DNA from: Intoshia linei
Lineage: Eukaryota; Animalia; Orthonectida
Assembly (NCBI GenBank): GCA_001642005.1
Contig: LWCA01000030.1
Span: 8,607 to 72,606, forward strand
Length of the DNA stretch: 64,000 nucleotides
Reading direction: 5' to 3'
The translations under genes and the position numbers were made by a program. Below the pieces are notes generated by a model that saw only the letters and a program-made list of their open reading frames with translations, ran no database searches and was not told where the DNA came from. This document shows positions 28,301-42,200 of the stretch, piece after piece (position 1 is the stretch's first letter; every line of letters begins with the position of its first letter).

Positions 28301-29098
28301 CCACTTTTTTCAAAATTTACAGGTTTTCATTACTCTTACGTTTTACGTTATACAAAAAATAAACATTTGATAATAAAATTTAATAAAAAGCGGACCATGT
28401 TTTGAAAAATCGATATATTGATTTTAGACTTATCGTCGAATGAATTTGATATTACAAATAAACACAAACAAAAATTGCGTAGCATATTATATAAGTATGA
28501 TCATATAGTATTAGTATCGTGTCCGTTCACAATATCGTAAATTCAAATGATCGTATTTATTTTGGTTAAGTTTAAATTAAATAATTCATTAACTAGTTCA
28601 TTTAATTTAGACTACAAGCCCAAGTTAAAACTGAAATATTAAGATACCATATTATACTTACAAACCATATTACAAAAAAAAATATATTTAATTAATTTAT
28701 CCAATTCAATTTACTATATTTAGTTTAATTATGAAGTTTATTTTCTTACGATCTTTTGATAGTGCGCCTATTAGTATACAGTGTGTATTACACAAATAAA
28801 TTAACATGTCTAACTATATTCTGATCAAAATATAATATTGATTACCTGGCTTCTGTGCAATACCAGAAGTCATGACAACAATTTGGCAATTTTTAAGAAC
28901 ACTTTCAAGAGATTTTGCAGTTTCGTGACCTTGAATAACGGAATCTGTGTTTATGTGACTAAGATCACATGAGACTCCATGGACGTTGGCAATATCATAA
29001 AGTGCTAATTCTGAAACATCTTTGTTCAACCGCAATAACAAACTTAACGGTTGACCAATACCACCACTTGCTCCAAGAACTGCTACTTTAATCTTCAT
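25351..29098 (-). CDS. MDH2-family malate dehydrogenase homolog with Arg->Gln at the specificity site and no transit peptide
   Basis: Six exons (29098-28846, 27700-27465, 27335-27234, ~25784-25713, 25676-~25527, 25485-25351). Motifs [51 protein letters not shown]. No internal stops. Confidence 0.93.
26375..27015 (+). mobile_element. Internally deleted Tc1/Tc3-like transposon in MDH intron 3
   Basis: TA|cattccgtttcaaaaataacgcaa ... ttgcattatttttgaaatggagtg|TA, with an inner direct copy of the TIR core near 26563. A truncated paired-like HTH ORF starts at 26701 ([29 protein letters not shown]...[10 protein letters not shown]...[11 protein letters not shown]). Confidence 0.85.
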
Positions 29099-29437
29099 AA
29101 TTTCAAATAGTTTAGTAAATAGTTATAGTATTATTTCGATTCTTTAAATATACTAATATTTTGTGCTAAATTATCAAATAATTATTTGCTTTAATAACCT
29201 ACATTTCATTCAATACCATAAAGATGTATTGATCTTATTTTAAATTCATTATGTCAATCTGAGCATTATTTTATTATAAATTTAGATTATAGCATGGTTA
29301 ATTTGTTAGCAGTTTGTAAGCTTACTCTAAATTTGGTAGAAAAATTAATAAAATATAATACATATCTGCATTAGTTTCACACTTTTTATGAAACTGGATG
29401 TTTTAATGCACTCACTCTTCGGTTTCATGCATTAGAA

Positions 29438-30010
29438 CATGGGTTCTTAACCGGGAGTGCCAAACCACTTTTTATGATTGCCAGAAATATTTTTGAAAGA
29501 AAATCATTTTGCAGCTATATTTTTTGAAATTGTATGAAGATTCGAAAATATATTATTTATTTTAGTTTTATAATAATCGCCCAATTTTATTAGTTATAAT
29601 TCTTTGGCCAGTTCGTATTTTAAAATATTACTATAATCAGTTATAAAGAATTTTAAAGGTTTGGTACATATTAAAATAAAATTGTGATTTGTTATGGTAG
29701 AATTATTATAACCTCTAATATCCATATCATCTTGGTAGATTCTAACATTCGAAAACCACCGTAAATTTTTCTTATTAATAGTATTAATTTTTGTATTTTT
29801 GAATTTCATCAGTAATATTGTTCCATTTACAATTTATTAGAAAATTAATTTTTAATAAAAAGTCATCATTGAATGAATAATACTTTTTTGTGAATGAACT
29901 GTTGTATCAGCCTAAAAAATTTAAACTGTTAAGGTAAATTTTTTTCAGTGAGGGCTGAGTTTTTTAAAAGTGAAAGTGAAGCCTAGCATAAAAAACGTTG
30001 AGAAACACTG
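29438..30010. mobile_element. hAT MITE
   Basis: catgggttcttaacc ... gttgagaaacactg; both flanks are NNNTANNN (cattagaa / cactacac). Confidence 0.6.
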
Positions 30011-30221
30011 CACTACACCAATCATATAATTATTTTCAGTTTTATTAGTTCAACATTATAATTAATTTAATACAGGTAAACTTAAATTAAATCAATTAAA
30101 AATAGTATTGAAATTTTTATAGCAAATTGGTTTTACAATAATTTAAATGAAAAAGATGGTTTCAAAGTTTTGTACACATTTATTACTAAAATTTAATATT
30201 TGGTGTAGGTGGAAGTGCTTT

Positions 30222-33200
30222 TTACAAATAAATTTGATCGATTTTTAACTTGATTTTAGATTCTTTGATAAGTCTTTCGCTAACTTTAATATTCTATAAT
30301 ATAATAAAATGATAAAACTACATATTAAAATAAAGTATTAATGTATCTTTATATAAAAATACCTGAAAGCACGTATCTTCATATTCCTTAAGAATGGTTT
30401 CTTGTTTTTTGGTGACTAGTGATATATAACGCCTTTGTCTACCTTTCAAGAGGTTACGTTCATCTATGAATTTCTTTGTGTAAATGGAAATCAATTCACG
30501 TTGACGTCTAAAGAATGATAAATTGTGACTACAATAAAAATATATATTAACCTATCCCTTTCCGCTTTATTTTTAATAGTTTTGTCATTGTTTAAGTTTT
30601 TAAGTTCATCCATCTGCTTCTTGGTTTGTTGGGCTTTCAAATCTTTTTCAGATCTAAATTTAGTTGAATTAATGACAACAGTTTGTCAACTTTTCATGAA
30701 ATTTTTTCAATTCATCCATTTGTTCCTGTTGTTTAATTATCATTAATTTTAACAACAATTCCTGAGAATTAATCAGATGGGTATGTTGAACTAGTTGAAT
30801 TTCATCAGAGAATCTGTCAATCACATTTTTCATTTCTTTCATGTGACTATCATTCTAAATAAAATGTAAAGGTAAATTTAAAACTCAATACGATTGTCAA
30901 ATTAGACTCTTCTGAAAATGTCGAATCTGAAGAAAAACTAAAGAAATTAAATATAATCATTATTAATATATTACCCTTTTTTTTTCTTACTTGACACAGC
31001 CTTTCTAGCCTTTTTTTTTAAATTTTCTTTGGCCTTGTCCAAATTCTTTAGGTAGCTTTTATTTTCATTAATTTGATTCGCAGTCAGTTTAATGTATTGT
31101 TTGCTTTGCTTCAATTCATTAAAACTAATTTTAAATTCTGCATGGATGGCGGAATCGGACGTGTCTTGATAAATACCATCATTTGCTCCTTTTTTGGAAA
31201 TTTCTATTTCTGTCGAAACTCTTGAATCACTTTTACTGTGATTCGTATTGATCGATATTTTAGTATCATTTGCATTGTTTCTCAATATTTGAGGTTTCGC
31301 TGAAGCTCCAGGATCAATCAAGGCGTTCACAAAATCTAAATTTAGCTATCTATCCATTTATTTTTATTTTTTACTTCCAAATTCTTTCGGAACATATGTC
31401 TTTACAGTTATGTGTATTAACAACTAAATTTTATTACAATTAAAATTTAAATTAAGTTATAAATGATGGCAAATCTGATAGAAATTCTTTAGAAAAGACA
31501 TTCATAAAAATAGCAACGATGCATTTAAATTAAAAAGAAAACACCAGTTTTACTTTATTTGCCATCACTTACTTTGTATTGATAACATGAAAAATTTGAA
31601 AATCAATACCATCGGTAGAGTTAAGGTAAAATTTCCATCGGTTCGCAATGAGACAAAACGTAATCCTATTTATATAATTTACATTTTTTAATAATAATAC
31701 ATGTATTATCATAATTTCTAGTCACTATGTATATAAATATATCAGTGGTTTTCACCTTTTTCTGGCTCATTCTATTTTTACGATAAAATTTTATTAATTA
31801 AAAATTATGACATTCAAAATTTAAATTAATTTCAAATTGATAATAAGTTATTATTAATAACAGTTATATTTCAGTTTACTCTAAATTTTAAGAAACATTT
31901 TATAACATATTTTCCTATCCTTTTTCTCATAGCTTTTTTGATTAAAAAAAGGGGTAATTTGGTTTATGGTCGTGAAAATATAAATTTATCAAAATGAAAT
32001 TGATCTTATGAAAACTGACTTAAAATTTATATTTTAATTTCTAGGATTGCCAATTTTCCGAATAAATGGTAACAATTCAAAAAGACAGACATCTATTCTT
32101 AGCAAAATTTTAGGTTTAAGTATGTAAGGATAAGAACAGAATTAACTAAATCAATAATCAGACAGTACTATTATACTATACAGTTTTATTTTGATACAAC
32201 CATGGTAACCTACCTTATCAGTTAACACTTATTACAACATTACCACCTTGTCAACTTGATCACAGGTGTTGATAGTTTAGTAGGAAAATAGAAAAATTTA
32301 TATAGATAAAAATGCATGTTCAAAGAAGAATCCACCGACCCGGTTCAGAAACACTGTTCGATATAATACCAACCGTATATTAAAATGAATAAACAATTAT
32401 TTTTAAAGTTATTAATTTGTTTTACGTAGTTACAATGAAGTATACGTTATTTTAATATCTTTTACGTAGAAATTAGCTTAAAAGTTATTGGATCTACGTA
32501 AAAGCTATTAAAATAAAGTATAATTCATTGTAATAACTTAAAATTAAATGGACCCCATTATTTTAATATTTAAATCCTCTTTTTTACCAGATTTTAGACC
32601 ATCCAAGGGTAAAACTCGTTGACCAATCATTTTTCCTGTTTCTTCATAAGCTGCTATCCGTATTAGTGCCAACTCTGGCAGAACAATCTTTAAAAAATAA
32701 ATTATATATTTTATATATAATCTATACTATAAATATACTGTTTTCAAAGCCCAAAAACGTTGGCCAACATAAAATGCAATTTATTATAGGGTACGAATTT
32801 TTTTTGAGTGTAGAGGTACCAACTGTGAAGTATTTTGGGAACCGTTGCTCTATATGATTGTTCAACAAATAAAAAAAATTACCTTTCGAAAAACAAAGTC
32901 TTCTTCATCATAAAATGGGTTTAATCCATTACTTGGCACAATCTTGGTTCTGTGTTCCTTGCGTATTGTATCTGTTGGCAAACCAAACATGTCAACTTCT
33001 ACATAAGTACCAATTCGTTTATCCGACAAAAAATAACCTGATATTACCTACAAAACAAATAAATGATATATTTTCAAATAAAAATCAAATGTATCAAAAA
33101 ATTAAAAATAGATGGAAGACCGCAATGAAAAATTTTAATACAAAGTCTGGTATATCATATCTTAATTTTTATTAAATTTAAAATACTTCAATAATTGACA

Positions 33201-36200
33201 AACATAATTTATTTTCTTATAAAACATAATTATAATAATAAATAAAATTATAATAATATAATATAAAAAATAAAAAAATTTGATTCACAATCACTACCAT
33301 CTCAGAGAACAAGTAGCTACTAGGTACTTGTCAGGTGATGTTATACAATAGGCGAATCTTTACAATCTAATAAAAAAAACTTTTACCAATATTTCAAAGG
33401 ATTGTAATAAATATAAAAATAATATTAACAAAGTTTTATGAATTTTAGTTTCGTTGTTGTAGTTTCTAATTAAAATTTTATTCAAAATGTTTTAAAAATG
33501 AGAATTTGAAATTTAAAATTGCGTAGCAATGAAAAAAAATCCGAAGGAATGAATTATATAGATTTTCACCCATATTTCTTCATTGGAAATGTGTAAACGT
33601 TCAATGAACATTTTTTTTGAAATTGTATGATCAATATTTACATTTTCAATTTTTATTTTATTAGAAATATTTGAAAATATAGGTTGATAATATATTAAAA
33701 ATTATTTTTCATCGGGAATGCGTAGATTTCTCAGGTTTAACTTTTTTATTTATATCAACTGGAATAAGCTCTATCAGAATAATTTTTTTTTAATAAAATA
33801 TTTCGGAAAAAAATATATGAATACTAAAATGCTTTTTTGACCGTGAAGTCGTCACTTATCAGATTTAAACTTTTTATGTGTGTTAACATGATACAACACT
33901 ACCACCTGTAAATTTTTTGAAATTCTAGGGCTGTTTTCAAACACAAAAGAAGAGAATTTTGGGGTTTTGGCCCTGAAGATATAATTGTTTTAAATTCTCA
34001 AACTCATTTGATTTTCAAAAAATAGGACAATTGTGGTTTTGACCTGTAATATGTGAGATTGGGAGGTTAAAATTTATCTTATTATCATTCCGGAAAAAAC
34101 TGTAATTGAAATGTGGACTTTATAAAATTATAAAACTGTTAGTTATTGAAATAAATTGGAACAAACACACACACAAACAAATATTATTACTCTAACTTCA
34201 CAAGTTGCTGCAATCACTCCATCGACTGGCGCTTCAGAAAATGGGTCGAATATGCGGTCTGATCTTCTCATGAAACCACTTTTCAAAAGATATCTATTAT
34301 AAATCGAATTTACATGAATATACAAATAAAATTAATGCAATGTATTTAATATAAAATAATAATGTTTTAATAATAAATAAAAATTTATATATAATACATC
34401 AATATCAAATTTATTAATACCCACAATTTCCGTTATATTCAAATTTTCCACGATTAATTTGCATGCCCAGATCTGGCGTTTGAAAATTTAGAGATACCAT
34501 TTGGCATCCAATATTCCAAAATATCTAATAGAGTATAAGATTCATCATGATAAATATTAGATAGTTAGTTTATTAAACAATGTATCATCTTTCAAAAATA
34601 TTAGTAATAATAGTTAATTATCATACATGCAGTTATACATGTATATTATACATGGGTGTCACATTTTTTCAAAAATTTTAGAATTCGATGGGCAATTAAC
34701 ACTAAAAGTGTATATTTTTAAAATAGAAAAACTAATTTAAATAAATTAACTGTATAACTCAACACGGAGAATAATATTATATGATCGGTACCGTTTAAAA
34801 GCTCAAACTCCAATTTCCGTTAAAATAAAGTTCAGTTTTAATTTCTCCATAATATTTTTAATGAGGTATTTAAAGTGATAAACGCAACTCGAATAGATAG
34901 CGTCAAATGTTTTTAATTACGAATTAATTTTAAATTTAAGATTAATTTTACGGATAAATTATATCACTATAAATATTAATTAAATTTAGTTAAAAACACA
35001 ATTAATATGTATCTAAAAAAATCACCTGTGGCATAAAATTACTAGAATCAACACGACTGCCTTTGGGGTATATTCTACTGTTTTGCTTTTTATTGTAGCT
35101 ACATTTTAATATTAATATATACATTAGGGTAGTGTTTCCCAACCTTTTTAATGATAGGCCCCATTTTCACTCTTAAAAAAATATTTAACCCAACAGCCAC
35201 ATTTTTTTGGGCTGGTACAACTCACAAAAATTATTATTAATTCAATTATTACTTTTTACTAAAAACTATAATTTTTTAATATATTATTAATGGAAAGCTA
35301 TTATTGACAAAATTCGAGCAAATTATAATAAAATAATGATAAAACAATAATAATTTAATTATTTTTTAGAATTAATGAGATGATAGACCTGATGATTATT
35401 ACAGAATTTCTTAATATTAGGCACTAATGTTATAAGATTTGAACTTAAATCTCCTTGTTTTGAAATTTAGAGTCTATTTATCTTTTTTGTTCGTACAAAC
35501 AGTTTTTAATATTTATCCCACCAAAAAGTTCGTCATGCCCACCAGTGGGGCCTGGCCCACGGTTTGAAAACCCTGCATTAGGGTGTCCACTTTTGATGTT
35601 TGTTTTTTATTAGAAAAATTCGATTTTAAGTATTTATCACTCCAAAAAAAAGAAATCGGTTAATATTTACCCCCTCAAATGTAATAATTGCAATTCATAC
35701 AAAAATGTTAGGATAAATTTAAAATTAACTTTATTTTATATATCATCAGCTTAAATGTTTTTTCTATGGATAATATTTATTTTTTTCTAATAAAAAAAAT
35801 ATAGACACCCTAATAAATATATATATAAATAAGTAAATATAAAGGTTTATTTAAAATTATTATAAATTACTTGACAAATGAAATTGCACTGTTTTTATAT
35901 AAGTTTAATCCAACTAAATAAAGAACTTAGATTACATTATGTATAAAAAAAGGTTTAATTTCTCAACTGTCTTTTATTGGAAATTAGCGTTAAAAATATA
36001 AACCACCACACGACTATTGGCAATACAGGTTTCAATCATAATTATGCACCAGTTTAATGAGAATTTTATATGAAGTATTCCTATCAGGTGAGTGAAAAGT
36101 TTTTAAAATATTTTTACATTTCACTGATATGATAAAATAAAATTACCAGTTTCGTTGAATGATGACATAATAAATTTGCAATCTTTTTCTATAATTGATT

Positions 36201-39200
36201 ATTAAAAAAATCTAAACGCCTATCTATATAATGGTTACATATCAAGAAAATTGAACATTGTACAATCTATACGCAATCAAATGGATCAAGTACAATCAAA
36301 AATTAATCAGTTATTTTCAAATACAGTCTTATTTCATATTACCATCGTGTTGATGTTTGAGACAACATTGAATTAATTATTAATTTGTGGTTTGACCATG
36401 AAGGTGTGCGTTTCTGAAGTTAAGATCTACGACAATGTTAATGATTTTAAAACGTTTCCTATAAATTATGTTTTTTTAACTTTTTGGGTTGATTTTATTT
36501 TAAAAAAAAAAAGTGAAAAATTAGTTTTGACCCTGAAAAACTTCACTTCGGGAACTGAAACATAGATATCAACATCCGCTGCGTAAAACTGTATTAGAAA
36601 TTGTGGTTTTAAATAATACGAATGTTAATTATTTAAATACACGGTAACACATACACGGACAGTCAATTTTATATAATAAAAAGATTATATATTTTGAGGT
36701 GTCTTTGACATCAACAACTAATTTTTATTAAAAATTTTAATTTTGCCGTGGATCACATTTGGTCCACATTGAAAATCAAAGATTTAAATAGTAATATTAA
36801 AATTAGTGATAGGACGAATCAAAAAATAAAATGAAAAAATATAATTTACTTGTTATAATGATTCGCAGAGAACTCACATATGTTCATTTTAAATGAAAAG
36901 ATGTAATTCACGTCCGTATCAACACAACGAAAATGGAAAAGTTAAACGCGCGAACAGGACCTCATGGAAAAACTCAGAGTATTGTATAAACCAGAATTCA
37001 CCGACTGGGATGAAAAACTTGACGAGATTGTTTATTCATTTCGAGCACTTCCTTCTTCTAAAACTGGCATATCACCCTTATAACTCGTATTTGGTCTGAA
37101 AAATGACGATAATATGGAAAAGGTCAGTAATCATACAAAGAAATAATAAAGTCCATGAAATATCATTTTGATCAAAAAGTTCAGAAATCTGTTATGACAT
37201 TTATGTTCCAAATTTACCTATAAAATGAAAAAACCTTATAAACAACAAGATCAACGAAATTGTCGTCCACCTAAACATTTAGACAATTACGATTTAATGT
37301 CAACTAATCATATTCACCAGCATAGCATTAAAAATTCATATGAACATATCATTACATATCTTTAATGAAATATCAGGAAGAGCTACGACTCAAAGAAAAT
37401 TCTGATCCTCACATACATCAGTGTATTTGTCATTATTAAAATTTGATTGATCAGTCTATAATTGAAAGTAACCGATTACAGGAAATATCTGATTTTTGAT
37501 ACACTCAATTCTTTATTTTCTTATTAATTAATATATCAATCCTCTTATTATTTTTTATAAATTCTCAATACGCCGACAAAATACTTTTACGGGGAAGGTG
37601 TAGTATCCTAACGATAGTGTTAAATTAAGTTATCCTCATAGTAGTAACCTACAACTACATTAACAATTACTATAATAACAATCTTAGTCTCAAACTGAAT
37701 AACCAAGGTAGAAGTAGATTATCATTATTCTGTATTTAACGTAATTTGAAATACAATTTTATTGTTTAAGCACTAATTATTACTCTCATTAACAATTATC
37801 ATTCTCCCTTATTATCAATATAGACATTACAAAATCTTATTAAAATATTTAATTACTTTCAATTAAATCTTAATCCATAACTATCTTGTCAAGAATACTA
37901 CAATGTCCAATTCAGAATTTGAACTCTATCCTCGCAGAATACAATTATATGACTATAACTACTATGAGATTTAGACATCACATTGAGTTATATCAAAATT
38001 ATATATTCGAATCTCGATTAACACGATAGTGATATATCACTGTACTACATGTCTGTATCATAATCTACTTTTTTGGTTTTAAGAAACATAGTGAAAATAC
38101 AATAATAAAAAAATTTAAAAACAATAAATCTCAATTTAAATTAAATTTGAAAATCGATAGTCACAAAACATTTTAAATTTAAGATGTTGTCATTAACAAT
38201 TAATTAAAACATGCTATCTGTAATAAATTCAAGTTCATATTCATTTCAATAATATACATTAAACATTAATATAACATATAATATAACAATAAGTGTAGTA
38301 TCTTTCTGTACAATTAATATTATTAGTTATTCTTGTTAGTTGTTATTTTCAACTCAGTCTTTATTAAAAAATCCAAAATAAAAATAAAAATTTGATTATA
38401 ATTGTAGATTGAAACCCTTTCTTGTATGTATGCTTTATTGATGATACGTTAGATATTATCCTAACTAAATATTTTTAAATCATGATTTGTTGTATAATGT
38501 TAGATATAAAGTATTGTTGTAATATAAATTTTATATTTAAAATATTTCAATTTTAAGATGATTTACAATGTATTTACAACCAATATGAACTATAGTTTAA
38601 TTTATTTAAACTTTACATAATTCTATAGATTATTACATGTTGAGCGATGATAGCGTTGCTACACCTTGATTTACTGAGATTTCTCAGTAAAATACATTAC
38701 AATGTTATTATGTTTAAAATAGTATTCCATTTTAATTTAAATGATTATAGGCGGTTTTCATGTGTATGTAAATTTCTCATATTGATGTTTTGAAATTAAT
38801 TAGATTTTTTTCAAAACAATTATCTCAACTATGAATGGTAATTACTTCATTATTTGAAACTAATTTTATAAAATTAACGATATGCTTAATGAATGATGAT
38901 TGCGTGTACAATAAGATGACACTATTCAACTTCTAACACTATTAATAAATACACCACTATTAATATACATCTTGTACCCATCGAAATATCAAATCCTTGA
39001 AACTTGACTGGTTGAAAATAATTGACAAATTGGGATAGATATGGATGAACGGTAGTTGTAGCGCCAGTATGTTTGTAGTTTTTCATTATCAAGTCTTCTT
39101 CGTCGTTTACCTATGATAAAAAAAATTTAAAATTGAATAAAGGTAGACGGTCTAGTAAAGTTCTGCAACAAAGCTCGATTTCGCCCAATCTGAATTAGTA

Positions 39201-42200
39201 ATTTGGATCGTGGAGATTACATTTTGAAATTTTTGTTCGATCTTGTATTTAACTTCGTTAATGACTGAACTGAATAATTGTTTATGATTGTAATGTTTGT
39301 CCTTCGGACCGTGTTGCAAAACTCTAAATCTCTTCAACTATTTCCGTTATCGAACCAACACTTGGAACGTATGATAAAGACCGGTATTATGCCTAATATG
39401 CATAGTTTATAATATAATAAATATACCACTTTAGTATCGACAGGTATTTCCATTTCATCCAACTTCATTCGATTCAATTCGTCAATGCTACTTTCAGTAG
39501 TAACTTCAATACTATTTGAAATTGTATCAACTTGAGACGAATAAGCTAAAATCTTCATAAAAAAATATATATTTAAAAAATACAAGTTTCTTCTTCATCG
39601 ACTGACATGTCTAATGATTCAAAAGCTTCATCTCGCAGATTCGCTTCATCTCCAACTTCCGATTTCATATAATTTTCGAGATATACTAAAAAAATAAATA
39701 ATACAATTATTTCATTATTTTCAAAGTTCTTAAAATGATCTCCCGGGTTAATATAATATTACATGGGTTATGAGCAGTGGTCCTCTAATTTTTTCAGTTT
39801 AAAAGCGTTAACCAATTCTATCCTGTGACAAATTTAAAAAAAAATATAATTTTTATAAAATCCAGAAACTACCGGGATGAAAAACTCGGAGACAACACTG
39901 GACGTCGTTAGTTCAATTATATCTTTAATTTTAATTATTGCAGTGACGAATATAAATCTTAAAATCACAGCCACACGAGTAGTAAAATAAAACTAAATAC
40001 AAAATCACTAAATAAAATTCTTTTAAATACTAAGTCGAATTTCGACTGTCGAAATCATTGTTTTTAAACTAACGCAATTAGATAAAACTTAAAAGTCAAT
40101 CACAAAATTCACTCACAAAATTTCAAAACAAAGACAATTTAGAAAATTAGATAAGGGCATGTTATTCAGGCAAACCATTTTCTTGATTTTAAATCGATAA
40201 TTTCATAACAAAATAACAAAAATTATTAAAAACTATAAATAAAAATTTACATTTTTCCAATTCTGGATTGAGTTTTTTGTTTTTAATTAAAATTTTTCGT
40301 TTTAAATCCATAGGTGATGGTAAACTTGATCCCTTTTCACACTAGCAATGTAATTAAATAATATCAAAAAAATATTTCAAATTGTCGAAAAAAAATTTGT
40401 TCACCGGAAAATTCGGTAAAGGTTCCTTATTCAACAAATTTCCCATAATTTCTTCACAATATTTAGCCATTTTGAGTTGTTGTTTTGGTCTAAAATTTTA
40501 ATAAATAAAATTTTAAAATGAATAATCAATTACGAGCAATGATTTTCAAATGATAAAATGACGGGATAATCGGAAGTAACAAATGCAGAATCAGCTATGG
40601 CTACAATAACATCCTTGAATAAAACGTCAGTGCACATTGCTTTCCCATGAGTTATAATTGGTTCATCATTACTACCATCCCAACAATCCAGTTCGACACA
40701 TCTACCGAAATTAAAAAAATAATAATATATTGTTTTTGAGCCGTGGCCACTCAAAGCCGAACCTACCAAGATAGCTCCTTCCAACACCCTAATATCAAAA
40801 ATTGGTCTTTAAAAAACATTTTTAAAACAATGCGTAATGCCATATAAACCCAGACACCTCCACGGGTCTTGACTATTTAAATTTGACTCAAAAAATAGTT
40901 GATATTCAAAAATATTTTCATAAAATATTTAATTTGGAAAATTAGACCCTATTCTACGCAAGTTTATCGTGCCCCATCAGAATGTGGTCACTGTACAGTA
41001 GATTCTGCTCAGATGACCTCGTATAGCTTGTGCAATGCACATTGTGCATATAAATTAGTAAAACTCATTTATTTTATTATAAAAGTACCTTACATTAAAA
41101 GTATTATGATTTAAATAAAAATATTGGTTACCTACAACCAGCAAGCAAAACTTGTCTGTAAATCTCCACAGAAGATCTACCTCCAATTTGCCTTCCAATT
41201 AAATAGGTATTGTGAGATGAATTTATAAAATAATCGTTAATTGGATAATCCATTTCCATGTAAGTGTTAATTTGGTCATTAAATATTACCAGATTTTCAT
41301 CTGACATTATATAGTTTATGAAACCATCAAGGGAGAATGATTCTATTTATACATTTACAATTTACTTTTTTGTAATTACCTTCGTTTTTATATTTTACAT
41401 TGTTTTCGTAAACATTAACTAATTCAATTACGTCTTTATCAGTAAAAAAAGGATGGAGGATTTCATTCAATCTTTGATTTCTTTGTGACTACAATAATTT
41501 TTGTATGATTTTAAAAATAAAATTGAATGTTTAAATGAAATTAAATGTAATTTACTATGTCGTTTATATTATTAATCATTTATTGTTGAATATTAGAAAA
41601 TTCAAATACAGTAAATTTAAATTGATATTAAATTTTAAAAACGATAGTAAAAAAATATTTTAAATTTATTAATTTATTTTATCAAATCCTAAGTAACTAG
41701 CAAATAAAAATAAAATTTTGATTTCAGAAAATGATACTTATATTTTTAAATTATTCATAAAAAGTCGTAGTGATACCTCGATATAGTCACGTTCGATTAC
41801 TTAAATTTTAGTTTATTTAGAAACAATTTTAAGCCAAAATTAGTTTTTGCAATCATAGATATGTAATTTTGAGTTTACATTTCACTCGAAATAAACTAAA
41901 ATTGAAGTAATCGAACGTGACTATATCGAGATATCACTGTACTAGTGAAAAATAACTTTAAATATATTATCAACCAATATTTTTAAATTTTTGTATTAAC
42001 AAAATAACATAAATTAAAAATATAAATATTCATCCTATAATTTTTAAAAAAAGCAAGTGACCGTATTCATATTTTATCCAAAGTTTTAATTACTAAAATG
42101 ATATCAAGGTTGTGTTCGGTTAGTGATGACGAAATTTTAAAAGATTGTGTTAGTGTTCGTGCTACGATTAAATTTCGTTAGAGGCTGTTATTTAATTATT

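Noticed and set aside
39170-39215. Hammerhead ribozyme or RNase P/SRP motif in the structured intron
   Set aside because: A GAAA/stem III-like part is present but the CUGAUGA core is missing, and no P4 or SRP helix-8 partner was found.
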